DNA of 63,839 nt, counting the filler, from Octopus bimaculoides (taxonomy: Eukaryota), in assembly GCF_001194135.2 (NCBI RefSeq). It is 12 parts of 11 records of this genome, joined end to end, with 100 filler letters (N's around TTAATTAATTAA, not from the genome) between each part and the next. Parts side by side here need not be neighbours in the genome. Positions count along the whole stretch, not along the records: positions 25,372 to 29,862 come from NC_069004.1; positions 29,963 to 32,406 come from NC_068994.1; positions 32,507 to 34,732 come from NW_026367592.1; positions 34,833 to 36,561 come from NW_026417396.1; positions 36,662 to 44,501 come from NC_068991.1; 7 more parts are not named here. One strand, given 5' to 3'. Every line of letters starts with the position of its first letter. Within the stretch, counting starts at the first letter, position 1. Shown here piece by piece: positions 26,169-37,092 of this stretch. The notes under the pieces are model-generated. The model saw only the letters and a list, made by a program, of their open reading frames with translations. It had not been told where the DNA came from and made no database searches. The position numbers and the translations under genes were made by a program.

Positions 26169-26345
26169 CATACATATACATATATACGATGGGCTTCTTT
26201 CAGTTTCTGTCTACCAAATCCACTCATAAGGCTTTGGTCGGCCCGAGGCTATAGTAGAAGATACTTGCCCAGGTTGCCACACAGTGGGACTGAACCCAGT
26301 ACCATGTGGTTCGTAAGCAAGCTACTTACCACACAGTCATTCTTA
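25862..26345 (-). mobile_element. SINE family A, full length, expanded internal microsatellite, CpG-decayed
   Basis: Colinear; most CpGs seen in other copies are TpG/CpA here. Confidence 0.92.
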
Positions 26346-26350
26346 CTCTA

Positions 26351-26605
26351 GTGGAGATGCATGGCTTAGCAGTTAGGGTGTTGTACTCATGATCATAAGA
26401 TTGTGGTTTCAATTCTTGGATTAGGCAATGTGTTGTACTCTTGAGCAAATCACTTCATTTCACATTGTTCCAGTCCACTCAGCTGGCAAAAATGAGTAAT
26501 CCTACAATGGACTAGTATCCCATCCAGGTGGAGAATATTTACACTACAGAAACTGGGAGACTGGGCCCAAGAGCCTATATGACTTTGGAAGGCTCTTTCT
26601 CTATC
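26351..26605 (+). mobile_element. SINE family D, full length, with L2-type tail
   Basis: tRNA head, CORE (CTTGAGCAAATCACTTCATTTCACATTGTTCCAGTCCACTCAGCTGGCAAAAATGAG), tail CCTACAATGGACTAGTATCCCATCCAGG..CAGAAACTGGG. Confidence 0.8.
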
Positions 26606-27159
26606 TTTCTTATATTTTGGTGTTAGGAAAGGCATGCAACTGTAAAAACTATGCTAAAGCAGGCAGTAGAGTTTGGCACAGCCTTCTGGCTTGATGATGA
26701 TGAGGAGGAGGAGGAGGAGGAGGATGACGACAGCAAGGATTCTTCTCTATCCATGATCACAAATATATTATTTTTTCCCTGCTTACAATTTTTTATATTG
26801 TTTATCTTTTAAGTCATGTAGTGTTTTTTTTTTTATTTTATCATTTAATGTTAAATAATAAACTTTTGCTATTTTGTGGGACTTGATTATGTTTGCTGCA
26901 AAATAGGGTTTTAAGTTTTTTCTCAGTGTTTATGATGTTTTGGCTACTCTTTGACTTTTTAAGCTTAGAAATTTGACTCCAACTTCTTTTTTGTGTTGGT
27001 CCAAATGGAGGTGAAGGCTAGTACCAAGGTTGAAGAATGTAATTTGGTCAGTATTAAGTGTGAGTAGAGCAATTCTTCTTTTGTATAGTTTGAGTAGTTT
27101 CTTTATGTTGTGTTTAATTCATCTAAAGTATACTGTGTTTTATCAAGTGCCATTTCTAT

Positions 27160-27512
27160 AGTCCATCCATTCATCTTCTTTGCCTACTGTTCCTGGGAGT
27201 GTCACTGGGGAAAGCCCTCAGGTACCTCCTCCATAGGGTCCTATCAGAAGCATCCATCATTACACTTTCCAACTGGATTCCCAAAGCTGACCATCTGAGA
27301 CAATGGATATTATCCAACCATCTCATTCTCGGTCTACCCCTAGGTAGATGGTTTGGCTATATGTATCAGCCTTGTGATTCTTTCCTGTGACATTCTGAAC
27401 ACCTGTCTCTAATAGCAGAGCCCATGACCTCTTAATGCTGAGAAGTAGCAGCTCAACCTGGAAAGTCTCCCTGATCCTTGAGCTATGCACCCTGTCGAAT
27501 AACATTACTCAA
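27160..27512 (-). mobile_element. RTE-clade (Expander/Rex3-like) LINE 3' end
   Basis: GVMLFDRVHSSRIRETFQVELLLLSIKRS..GRPRMRWLDNIHCLRWSALGI..DRTLWRRYL, with a GATGAATGGATGGA tail. Confidence 0.8.
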
Positions 27513-28044
27513 TGAACTCCATTTGGGGGAACCTCATTTCTATATTGTTTAATAAAATTTTATTGGCTACTTTTTTATCACTTTCTTTCTTTAACTGCAT
27601 AATTTCAGCTTTTATATTTCTTTTCTCTTGTATTCGTAATTCAATCAATTTCCTCTGGAATTATGTCACACTTCTTGTTTCAATCACTCTGTCATGAATT
27701 ATCTCCATGCTAGTCTATTTCTCTTTTACTGCCATCTTTCCCCTCACACTTTCTGTCCATTCTCACCCTTATAAAATAGTCTGAGATCCTCTTACACAAC
27801 TTTCACATCACCTTTTCACTCTACCCCTCTCAATAATTCCTGTCATTAATCCCTTCCCTTTCCCCTATCCCTTCCATACTGTCTCCTTTGAATTAGTAAA
27901 TACTCTACTACTCTTATTACCCTCCCCACTACCATCCTATCCTAATTATAAATCTCTTCTTGGCTTACTTATTCTCCCTCATCTTACCACCCAGAATCAT
28001 TGCCAACTTTCGCTTCTGTTCTCCCTCAGTTTTAGGAGCCACTC

Positions 28045-28434
28045 TGGGCCCCACTAGCCTTGCAAGTTATGAAATGATTTTTGCTAGTGTTGAGGCCTCA
28101 AAAAAAGGACACATTACTCTATAAAGTGGCTGGTGTTAGGAAAGGCATCCAGCTGGAGAAACTGTGCCTCGGTAGTCACTGGAGTACGACACAACTCTGT
28201 AACTAATCAGAGCCTGTCAAAGCACCCAACTCATAACCAGGCCAGTATGGAAAATGGACAGAAAGAAGCTTGCTTTCCAACCACTTGTTTCCAGGTTCAA
28301 TCCTACTGTGTGGCACCTTGGACAAGTGTCTTCTACTATAGCTTTGTGTGGACCAAAGCCTTGTGAGTGGAATTGGTAAACAGAAACTGAAGTAAGCCTG
28401 TTGTGTATATATGTATATATATATATATATATAT
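28045..28434 (+). mobile_element. Family C variant (28045-28262) fused to a headless family A 5' half (28266-28434)
   Basis: GTGTTAGGAAAGGCATCCAGCTG..GCCAGTATGGAAAATGGAC, then GCTTGCTTTCCAACCAC..GGCACCTTGGACAAGTGTCTTCTACTATAGC. Confidence 0.75.
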
Positions 28435-29145
28435 NNNNNNNNNNNNNNNNNNNNNNNNNNNNNNNNNNNNNNNNNNNNNNNNNNNNNNNNNNNNNNNNNN
28501 NNNNNNNNNNNNNNNNNNNNNNNNNNNNNNNNNNNNNNNNNNNNNNNNNNNNNNNNNNNNNNNNNNNNNNNNNNNNNNNNNNNNNNNNNNNNNNNNNNNN
28601 NNNNNNNNNNNNNNNNNNNNNNNNNNNNNNNNNNNNNNNNNNNNNNNNNNNNNNNNNNNNNNNNNNNNNNNNNNNNNNNNNNNNNNNNNNNNNNNNNNNN
28701 NNNNNNNNNNNNNNNNNNNNNNNNNNNNNNNNNNNNNNNNNNNNNNNNNNNNNNNNNNNNNNNNNNNNNNNNNNNNNNNNNNNNNNNNNNNNNNNNNNNN
28801 NNNNNNNNNNNNNNNNNNNNNNNNNNNNNNNNNNNNNNNNNNNNNNNNNNNNNNNNNNNNNNNNNNNNNNNNNNNNNNNNNNNNNNNNNNNNNNNNNNNN
28901 NNNNNNNNNNNNNNNNNNNNNNNNNNNNNNNNNNNNNNNNNNNNNNNNNNNNNNNNNNNNNNNNNNNNNNNNNNNNNNNNNNNNNNNNNNNNNNNNNNNN
29001 NNNNNNNNNNNNNNNNNNNNNNNNNNNNNNNNNNNNNNNNNNNNNNNNNNNNNNNNNNNNNNNNNNNNNNNNNNNNNNNNNNNNNNNNNNNNNNNNNNNN
29101 NNNNNNNNNNNNNNNNNNNNNNNNNNNNNNNNNNNNNNNNNNNNN

Positions 29146-29862
29146 CCTCGGTGAGGCCCAATGTTCGAAGGTCTTGCCTCACCACCTCAGCCCAAGTCTT
29201 CCTGGGCCTACCTCTTCCACGGGTTCCCTCAACTGTTAGGGAGTGGCACTTTTTCAGGCAGCTATCCTCATTCATTCTCACCACATGTCCAAACCAGCGC
29301 AATCGTCTCTCTTGCACACCACTACTGATGCTTCTTATGTTCAGCTTTTCTCTCAAGATACTTACACTCTGACGGGTATGCACATTCACATTACACATCC
29401 AGCGGAGCATACTGGCTTCATTCCTTGCGAGCATATGCATGTCCTCAGCAGTCACAGCCCATGTTTCACGGCTGTTCGTACACATGCGTCATACAGTCTG
29501 CCTTTTACTCTGAGTGAGAGTCCCTTTGTCGCCAGCAGAGGTAAGAGCTCTCTAAACTTTGCCCAGGCTATTCTTATTCTAGCAGTTACACTTTGAGCGC
29601 ACCCACCCCCACTACTAACTTGGCCACCCAGATAGCGGAAGCTATCGACTACCTCTAGTTTTTCTCCCTGGAATGAGATAGAAGTTGTTTCCTGTTTGTT
29701 TACAGTGTTTATTGCACCTGAACATCTGCCACATACAAAAACTAACTTCATAGTTAATCTGCCTTTGATATTGCTGCACCTCTTATGTGTCCATAGCTTG
29801 CACCGGGTACATCTTATAGAGTTTCTACCTACTCCTTTACTGCATACTGAGCAGGGCCATCT
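29146..29862 (-). mobile_element. RTE-clade LINE fragment (RT C-terminal half) containing a PHD finger; one frameshift
   Basis: Open from 29862: RWPCSVCSKGVGRNSIRCTRCKLWTHKRCSNIKGRLTMKLVFVCGRC..VVDSFRYLG..RIRIAWAKFRELLPLL..LYDACVRTA; frameshift near 29465; then ETWAVT..RRLRWFGHVVRM..GRGRPRKTWAEVV. Confidence 0.92.
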
Positions 29863-30039
29863 NNNNNNNNNNNNNNNNNNNNNNNNNNNNNNNNNNNNNN
29901 NNNNNNTTAATTAATTAANNNNNNNNNNNNNNNNNNNNNNNNNNNNNNNNNNNNNNNNNNNNCTCTGCTACAGCTTCCATCATCGTAATTATCAAGAAAA
30001 CAAATCATGGGTACCTTTACGCGGTTGCAGGACATGCCA

Positions 30040-30175
30040 GAGATAGAAGCGGACTCTCCATCGAACCACATCACAGAATATAGACATAGATATTTTTAAA
30101 AAAGACAGGTTGATCACACTTGGAATGAATTTGATGATAGCATTGCTCGGTCAGGATTGACCTGGGGTGCCACTG
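30040..30175 (+). mobile_element. Family F repeat, degraded (related pieces at 5188-5245, 30715-30775, 51085-51150, 51525-51736, 51897-51965)
   Basis: Shared words CTAGAAATAGCAGCCAAAT and CTGCTCGATCAGGG..GACCTGGGG. Confidence 0.55.
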
Positions 30176-30581
30176 AAACTAACACAACACGCCATAACCC
30201 CCCACAACTACCGCTCCACCTCCACCACTGTCACCACAACCTCCACTGTTACCCCTTCCACCGCTATCACAGCTATCACCATGCATGGTTCACGGATGAG
30301 CCGCGAATTCTGAAGGGCGTGTCAGAGAATGCCCAAAGTACTTAGAAAACATGCACCACAACAGGTGCATCCAAATCCATCCCTTTTAAAAACAATTTTA
30401 ATACTGTTTATTTATTTATTTATCTCTCTCCAATGACGGTTTAGTTAGCTTAATTGGAAGTCCTTGCTGAATAGCATACGCTCCACAGGCTTATTATAGA
30501 AATAGCTATAAGAGACTTTACCTATCTGCTATAACTACTCACCACTATGTTTAAATCATAAATTAAATGCTCTTAAATAGA

Positions 30582-30670
30582 CGCAGGAGTGGTTGTGTGG
30601 TAAGTAGCTTGCTTATCAACCACATGGTCCTGGGTTCAGTCCCACTGTGTGGCACCTTGGGCAAGTGCCT
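30582..30670 (+). mobile_element. SINE family A head plus CORE-like motif (other isolated A pieces: tail 32507-32550 +, head 34833-34879 -)
   Basis: GCAGGAGTGGTTGTGTGGTAAG..GGGTTCAGTCCC..GGCACCTTGGGCAAGTG. Confidence 0.88.
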
Positions 30671-31146
30671 TGGATCGCAAAAAGGTTGAAAATAACTACA
30701 CTACGTAATAGGACAAAATGTTAGAAATTGCAGCCAAACCTTCCTCAAATCCCACTCAACTGTCTTGAAAATGCAAAAGATATATATGAAAATGTAAAAG
30801 CCCTGAAATGAACAAAAATCTGCTTATGAAAAACATACCACAAAACTGCAAGCCCGTAAGCATGATGTTTATGACCAGTGTGATCTGCGAATGTAACAAT
30901 GTAAGTGTAAACATTGTAACGGGAATGATATAAGTGACTCAAAACATTACATTGATCGTATAAGGACTGCATGTTATCTTGCTGGTTCACCATACAATTA
31001 CAATGCGTGACCCTGCATAAAAACAAAACAAAACACTTTATATGAAACCAAGAGTAAACAGTATATTCATTTTATGCAAAATTTCCCACAAAACTATATA
31101 TACATGCACACACTCATGTATGTATATATGTATGTATGTATGTATG

Positions 31147-32058
31147 GTATTATTCAGTTTATTTCAAGACTTTTTGCTAATGGAGAAAGAACCGGTTTGT
31201 AAACTAGATCCACGGTTCCTTCATTGGAATTTCAAAATCAACAAGGTATTTTTGTATGTAAGTATGTATGTATGTATGTATGTATGTATGTATGTATGTA
31301 TGTATGTATGTATATATGTATGTGCAGATTTGTATGTTTTCTGTATGTATTCTCATGCATATAGTTGCATATCTAGACATGCTCATATATATTTAAATGA
31401 TAAACTTCTGGAAAGTTTTACAGATTTTTACAGTTCCAGTGATGGATTGGATCTGTAGTTTTCGAATTAGCTTTCACCTTTCTGGTTTTGAAAAGCCTAA
31501 TTTTACAAGATTGGTATTTAGGCAGTGCGTTACATATCTCAGGCCCCCAATAATTACAGGTGTAAACTTGAACTTGTAATGCATATACAGTAACTTCAGA
31601 TTTCTTAATAGTCCGGCGTAGGTATTCTCTTTTTCACTGATCTTCAGCTTTATCTTAACATCAACATGGCAGCTAATTTCTGCAGCTGTGCATAGCTTCT
31701 CTTTTCTATCCCAAATTATGATATCAGGTATGTTGTGCTTATATTCTATTGAGGGGTTCACTGGTACATTCCACCAGTATTCCTTTTTATTATGAGTGGC
31801 TATGGCTTCTACCATATTGTAGTTTTTTATTTCTTTGTCCTTAAGATTATCCTTTCGACGGATTTCATTACAGAATGTCCTGGCTACAACGTCATGTCTC
31901 ATCGGTAGATAACACCGTGATGACATTTTCGGACAGCTGCTTATGATGTGGGTGATATCTTCAGTGTGAACCCCACAAAATCTGCATCGGTTGTCACATT
32001 TTACTGCTTTTCCTACATCTCAATCCCTTTTGTGCATCAGGTACTTGGTTGATCTGTA
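31147..32058 (-). mobile_element. 5'-truncated RLE-type (R4-like) LINE flanked by (TACA)n on both sides
   Basis: STKYLMHKRD..CRFCGVHTEDITHIISSC (CCHC), RHD, EYWWNVPV, KHNIPDIIIWD, ends SITGTVKICKTFQKFII*; 3'UTR runs into (TACA)n. Confidence 0.9.
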
Positions 32059-32151
32059 TATATGTATGTATTTATGTATGTATGTATGTATGTATTCACA
32101 CATACACACATACATACACATGTTACGATAGAGAAGGTGAATTTCAGTAAC

Positions 32152-32223
32152 CTTTTTGTGTGCACAGTTTGTGACAGACCATGCCTTTCTTTTGCTAGGC
32201 TCGAATTTCATTTTCGGACTCAT
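32152..32223 (+). other. Single C2H2-type finger, probably the C-terminal finger of an RTE LINE
   Basis: LFVCTVCDRPCLSFARLEFHFRTH = C-x2-C-x12-H-x3-H without a TGEKP linker. Confidence 0.45.
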
Positions 32224-32240
32224 GAAAATCGAACCTCCAC

Positions 32241-32406
32241 CAGGGCCAGACCGTCAATTCAGAGTTCTACTGTGACATTTTGCGGCGTTTGAGAGAGGAC
32301 ATTCGGCAAAAGCGACCGGATCTGTGGATCTCCTCACTCGCGAGTTTCTCGTCAAAAACAACATAGTATTGTTCCGCACCCGCCCTATTCGCTAGATTTA
32401 GCACCT
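32241..32406 (+). mobile_element. Mariner transposase remnant with internal deletion
   Basis: QGQTVNSEFYCDILRRLREDIRQKRPDLW / LLTREFLVKNNIV / PHPPYSLDLAP (YSPDL motif). Confidence 0.85.
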
Positions 32407-32878
32407 NNNNNNNNNNNNNNNNNNNNNNNNNNNNNNNNNNNNNNNNNNNNTTAATTAATTAANNNNNNNNNNNNNNNNNNNNNNNNNNNNNNNNNNNNNN
32501 NNNNNNGCCGCAGTCAAATGACTGAAACAAGTAAAAGAGTAAAAGAGTAATATATTTAAATGCTTATGTGTTTGTGTATGTGTGTATGTGTCTGTATGTA
32601 TATGTATATATATATATATATATGTTGTTGTACTTGGGGATGGTCATATTGCCAGTTTAGCCAATAAAAACACACGCACTGTATATTTGGTGTTAATTTT
32701 TTTTTTTTTNNNNNNNNNNNNNNNNNNNNNNNNNNNNNNNNNNNNNNNNNNNNNNNNNNNNNNNNNNNNNNNNNNNNNNNNNNNNNNNNNNNNNNNNNNN
32801 NNNNNNNNNNNNNNNNNNNNNNNNNNNNNNNNNNNNNNNNNNNNNNNNNNNNNNNNNNNNNNNNNNNNNNNNNNNNNN

Positions 32879-32927
<49 letters not shown>

Positions 32928-33342
32928 TATAAATACTTATGTGTTTGTGTATGTGTATGTGTGTGTATATATATACATACATATATATATATATATATAT
33001 AAACTTATGTGTTTGTATGTGTGTGTCCATATGTTTGTTTGTATTTGCACTCTACAAAAGTCACTATTTACAAGGAATGTCATTGTTGTTGTTGTTGTTG
33101 TTGTTGCCAGTTCGTCTGTCAACAAACCTTCCTCTCGGCTTCGCGCCTGCGAAGAAGAAGACGCGTGAAAGAAAGGATCTCTTACATGAAAAACACTTTA
33201 GGTTTTATTGACAAGAATGGCATCCAGCTGTAAAATAATACCTCACTACTTTATCTGTCAAGCCTTTGCTAGCATGGGAAAACAGATGTAAAAGAAACAG
33301 ATATATTCATTATATATATATATACAATAATAATGGTATATG

Positions 33343-33551
33343 GTGGTGAGATGGTAGAATTGTTAGCACGCAGAGCAAAATGCTTAGTGATATTTCGTCT
33401 GTCTTTATGTTCTGAGTTCAAATTTCGCTGAGGTCGACTGTGCCTTTCACACTTTCGGGGTTGATAAGTACCAGTTGTGTACTGGGGTTGATCTAATCGA
33501 CTGGCCCCTTCCCCAAAAATTTCGGGCCTTGTTCCTAGAGTAGAAATGAAT
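33343..33551 (+). mobile_element. SINE family B, CCTAGAGTAGAAA tail
   Basis: Complete head, body and tail. Confidence 0.9.
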
Positions 33552-33618
33552 ATGGTATGGATGAGGAATACAACAACTAAAGCACATACACACACATACA
33601 TACATACATACATACATG

Positions 33619-33692
33619 TCTTTATTGCCCACAAGGGGCTAAACATAGAGGGGACAAACAAGGACAGACAAAGGGATTAAGTCGATTACATC
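33619..33692 (-). mobile_element. SINE family B 3' end with the GCCCCTTGTGGGCAATAAAGA tail, cut by a gap
   Basis: Matches the tail of 50002-50234. Confidence 0.88.
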
Positions 33693-33870
33693 NNNNNNNN
33701 NNNNNNNNNNNNNNNNNNNNNNNNNNNNNNNNNNNNNNNNNNNNNNNNNNNNNNNNNNNNNNNNNNNNNNNNNNNNNNNNNNNNNNNNNNNNNNNNNNNN
33801 NNNNNNNNNNNNNNNNNNNNNNNNNNNNNNNNNNNNNNNNNNNNNNNNNNNNNNNNNNNNNNNNNNNNNN

Positions 33871-34089
33871 TGATATTTCGTCTGTCTTTATGTTCTGAGT
33901 TCAAATTTCGCTGAGGTCGACTGTGCCTTTCACACTTTCGGGGTTGATAAGTACCAGTTGTGTACTGGGGTTGATCTAATCGACTGGCCCCTTCCCCAAA
34001 AATTTCGGGCCTTGTTCCTAGAGTAGAAATGAATATGGTATGGATGAGGAATACAACAACTAAAGCACATACACACACATACATACATA
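33871..34089 (+). repeat. Exact 219-bp duplicate of 33388-33606 across an N gap
   Basis: Identical by eye at offset 483, including the unique 3' flank. Confidence 0.9.
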
Positions 34090-34300
34090 AATACATATGT
34101 ACTTACATACATGCATACATAAATATTGGGGGGGGGGGTTTAATTAATACAGAGGAGAGGTGGTTGAAGCTTGAGGTAGGGGTGTAGGTGGGCAATATGA
34201 GGGAGGAATGGAGAGGGGGGGGAAACGAGGCATGCATTAAAAAGTTTGACTGACCTCAACTGACCTCCATTGTTAGCCAATCTATATTAAGACTAAAAGG

Positions 34301-34319
34301 ACTTTTGGACCACCCTGTA
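34301..34319 (-). mobile_element. Possible solitary Tc1/mariner terminal inverted repeat
   Basis: Reverse complement TACAGGGTGGTCCAAAAGT; no partner TIR found. Confidence 0.35.
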
Positions 34320-35052
34320 TGTGTGACCTAAACAAAACACAGCAAAAGAAAGTTGGAAGATTAAAAATGTAATATATAAAAATATATATGTGTGTATATA
34401 TGCCTGTGTGTATGTTAGCATGTGTGTGTTTCCTCTATAGCAGGAGTTCTTAAGAACCACTGATGAGAATTAAGAAGATTTAGCATCAAAATTCGAAATC
34501 CCCACTGGTCTGGCTGTGTCCGCTAGGGAGATTGTCTCCCTTGTCAGTCATTAAGATTGTGCTTCTGTGGCTATTGAGTTGTTTTGACTATTATTTCTAG
34601 CAATGCTGGTACTTTGTAGTACTCTCTGACACTTTAGTGACATCTATAAATTTGCCTTTAGGTTGTCAAATTGCTAATAAGCCACCCATATTGTTTAGAT
34701 AAAATATACACACATACATACATGCATATATANNNNNNNNNNNNNNNNNNNNNNNNNNNNNNNNNNNNNNNNNNNNTTAATTAATTAANNNNNNNNNNNN
34801 NNNNNNNNNNNNNNNNNNNNNNNNNNNNNNNNGAACCATGTGGTTGGTAAGCAAGCTACTTACCACACAGCCACTCCTAGTTTGTTTTATTTACCCGTCA
34901 CTATTCTGATGCAACTCCTTTAGTCTCATGTCTTCTTGTTTTTGCAATGTTTTTCAGTATACATGGCTGCAATGTGTACCCCACCCCCGTGTATACCCTC
35001 AATTTTACAACAGCCATACCGCGTCTCTACTTGTTGCAAGAGGCGGCTAAAT

Positions 35053-35200
35053 GGTCGGTAACGCAAAGGGCATCCGGTTGTAAAACCCTGCTTCAGAGTA
35101 ACCGTCCAACACATGCTTGCATGCGAACGCAGACGTAAAACGCTGATGATGATGATGACCACGACGACGACGACGACAATGATGATGATGGTGATGATGA
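35053..35200 (+). mobile_element. Family C-related short element with (GAT)n tail
   Basis: GGGCATCCGGTTGTAAAACCCTGC..GTCCAACACATGCTTGCATG..GACGTAAAACGCTGATGATG. Confidence 0.65.
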
Positions 35201-35331
35201 TGATGACGGCGATGGTGATACGTGGCACCTCTAGTTGGTGGATCAACAAATTTGAGAATGTCTTTCTTGTTTTGATTGTCGACTTTTGCAGATAACTGAT
35301 CTTTGTTAGTGAAAGATGCATCGAGATATCT

Positions 35332-35425
35332 TTAAGTCTCAGAGGAATGTTTGGTCGCGTTTCGTAATTCTTTGGGGAGGTAATTGTACAAGCGAAGACC
35401 TTTAAATAGAAAACTGTTTACGTAT
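35332..35425 (-). mobile_element. CR1/L2-like LINE C-terminal remnant
   Basis: NSFLFKGLRLYNYLPKELRN resembles the G.RL.N.LP..LR motif of CR1-group ORF2 ends. Confidence 0.45.
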
Positions 35426-35526
35426 ATGAGATCAAAGTGTGTATATATTATGCGTGTATGTGTGTTGGTACATACGTATTTGATAGATAGATAGATAGAT
35501 AGATAAATAGATAGATNNNNNNNNNN

Positions 35527-35560
<34 letters not shown>

Positions 35561-35747
35561 CAGGCAGACATAGATATTGATATATCCTACACACTTCAAT
35601 TTATCTACCTGTCTGAATGTGTATGTGTATGAACATACACACACATACACACACACACATACACACACACACATACACACACACACATAAACACACGCAC
35701 ACACATATATGTATACACACTAACACACACACACATACATACATATA

Positions 35748-35819
<72 letters not shown>

Positions 35820-36527
35820 TGCATGTATGATGTGTATATTTCTGAGAGAGATTGATGAACTTGTTAAATATTCGATGGTAGGTTGAAGTATTTAAAGTTT
35901 CCGTTTCTCGTCGACGTTGTTGAGAGATATGCTTCTTTCAAAGTGACGACATGTTCAATAATATATTGGGAATTTTCAAGTGATCACTCCTGCAAGGAAT
36001 AAACAAGTAGTTGCTACACATCTATCACACAACGTAAATAGTTGAAATGTGATTATAAAAAACAGAAGAACCAATAAATAGAAAGGAAATTTCGAAGTAA
36101 TTTAAAACCTATTTGCATAAGACTTCTTTCATGAAATATGACACATAGCAAAGATAATTATTTTTCCTTATCCTCTCTACTGTTTGCTTGTGATGTAACA
36201 TCATTTGCCCCGTATGACTACCAGCAACACCCTACCAACGTGACTATCACAGACTGTTTTGTTTTTCTTTTTGTTCTGTTTTCATAATTTTCCAGCCAAC
36301 GAAGTGGCTTTCTACGAGGGTAATCGTTCTTCAAAAAATAATTGCCAAATCTTCCTGAAATTATATTTTAACTGTTTTTTTCAAAATGAAACGTAATATG
36401 GATATCGTAGTTATATACGCAATGCTTGAAAGACAGACGTAACGTTCATGGGTGGACTGTATTTGACGTTACGAGTTAAACACAATGACAACAGGCTACA
36501 TTCTGAAAGCGCTGTCAATCTCTTATG

Positions 36528-36561
<34 letters not shown>

Positions 36562-36661
36562 NNNNNNNNNNNNNNNNNNNNNNNNNNNNNNNNNNNNNNN
36601 NNNNNTTAATTAATTAANNNNNNNNNNNNNNNNNNNNNNNNNNNNNNNNNNNNNNNNNNNN

Positions 36662-36696
<35 letters not shown>

Positions 36697-36973
36697 CATA
36701 CACGCACTCTCAGAAGAGTTAGATAAATCGATAGGACGAATATTTCGCAGATATTCTATCAATTATTTAACAAGCCAATTTTCGCTATTGCTCAGAAACG
36801 AATGAAAATTAGCCAGCTCGGAGCTATGATTTGGAGAAAATGGAGATACACTTACAAAGAATATCGTGTTATTCCATCGTTTCTACCGATTGTCCGTATT
36901 AGGTCGTTCACCTAATATTATCAATGTGTCCAACTCGTCATCAGATTTTCAGGCGTTGCTATTTACCTTACCA

Positions 36974-37016
<43 letters not shown>

Positions 37017-37029
37017 GAATTTACAAATT

Positions 37030-37092
37030 CGCTGTTAACCGAACTCACGATCGTGGACCGAATGCTCTAACCACTAAGCCACGTGACTTCAC
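37030..37092 (-). mobile_element. Isolated family D tRNA-like head
   Basis: Sense GTGAAGTCACGTGGCTTAGTGGTTAGAGCATTCGGTCCACGATCGTGAGTTCGG. Confidence 0.65.

Noticed and set aside
25470-27700. Lys/Ile-rich minus-strand stretches (25519-25716, 26900-27150, 27520-27700) as LINE or exon fragments
   Set aside because: No diagnostic motif that I can recognise; a tblastx/HMM search would be needed
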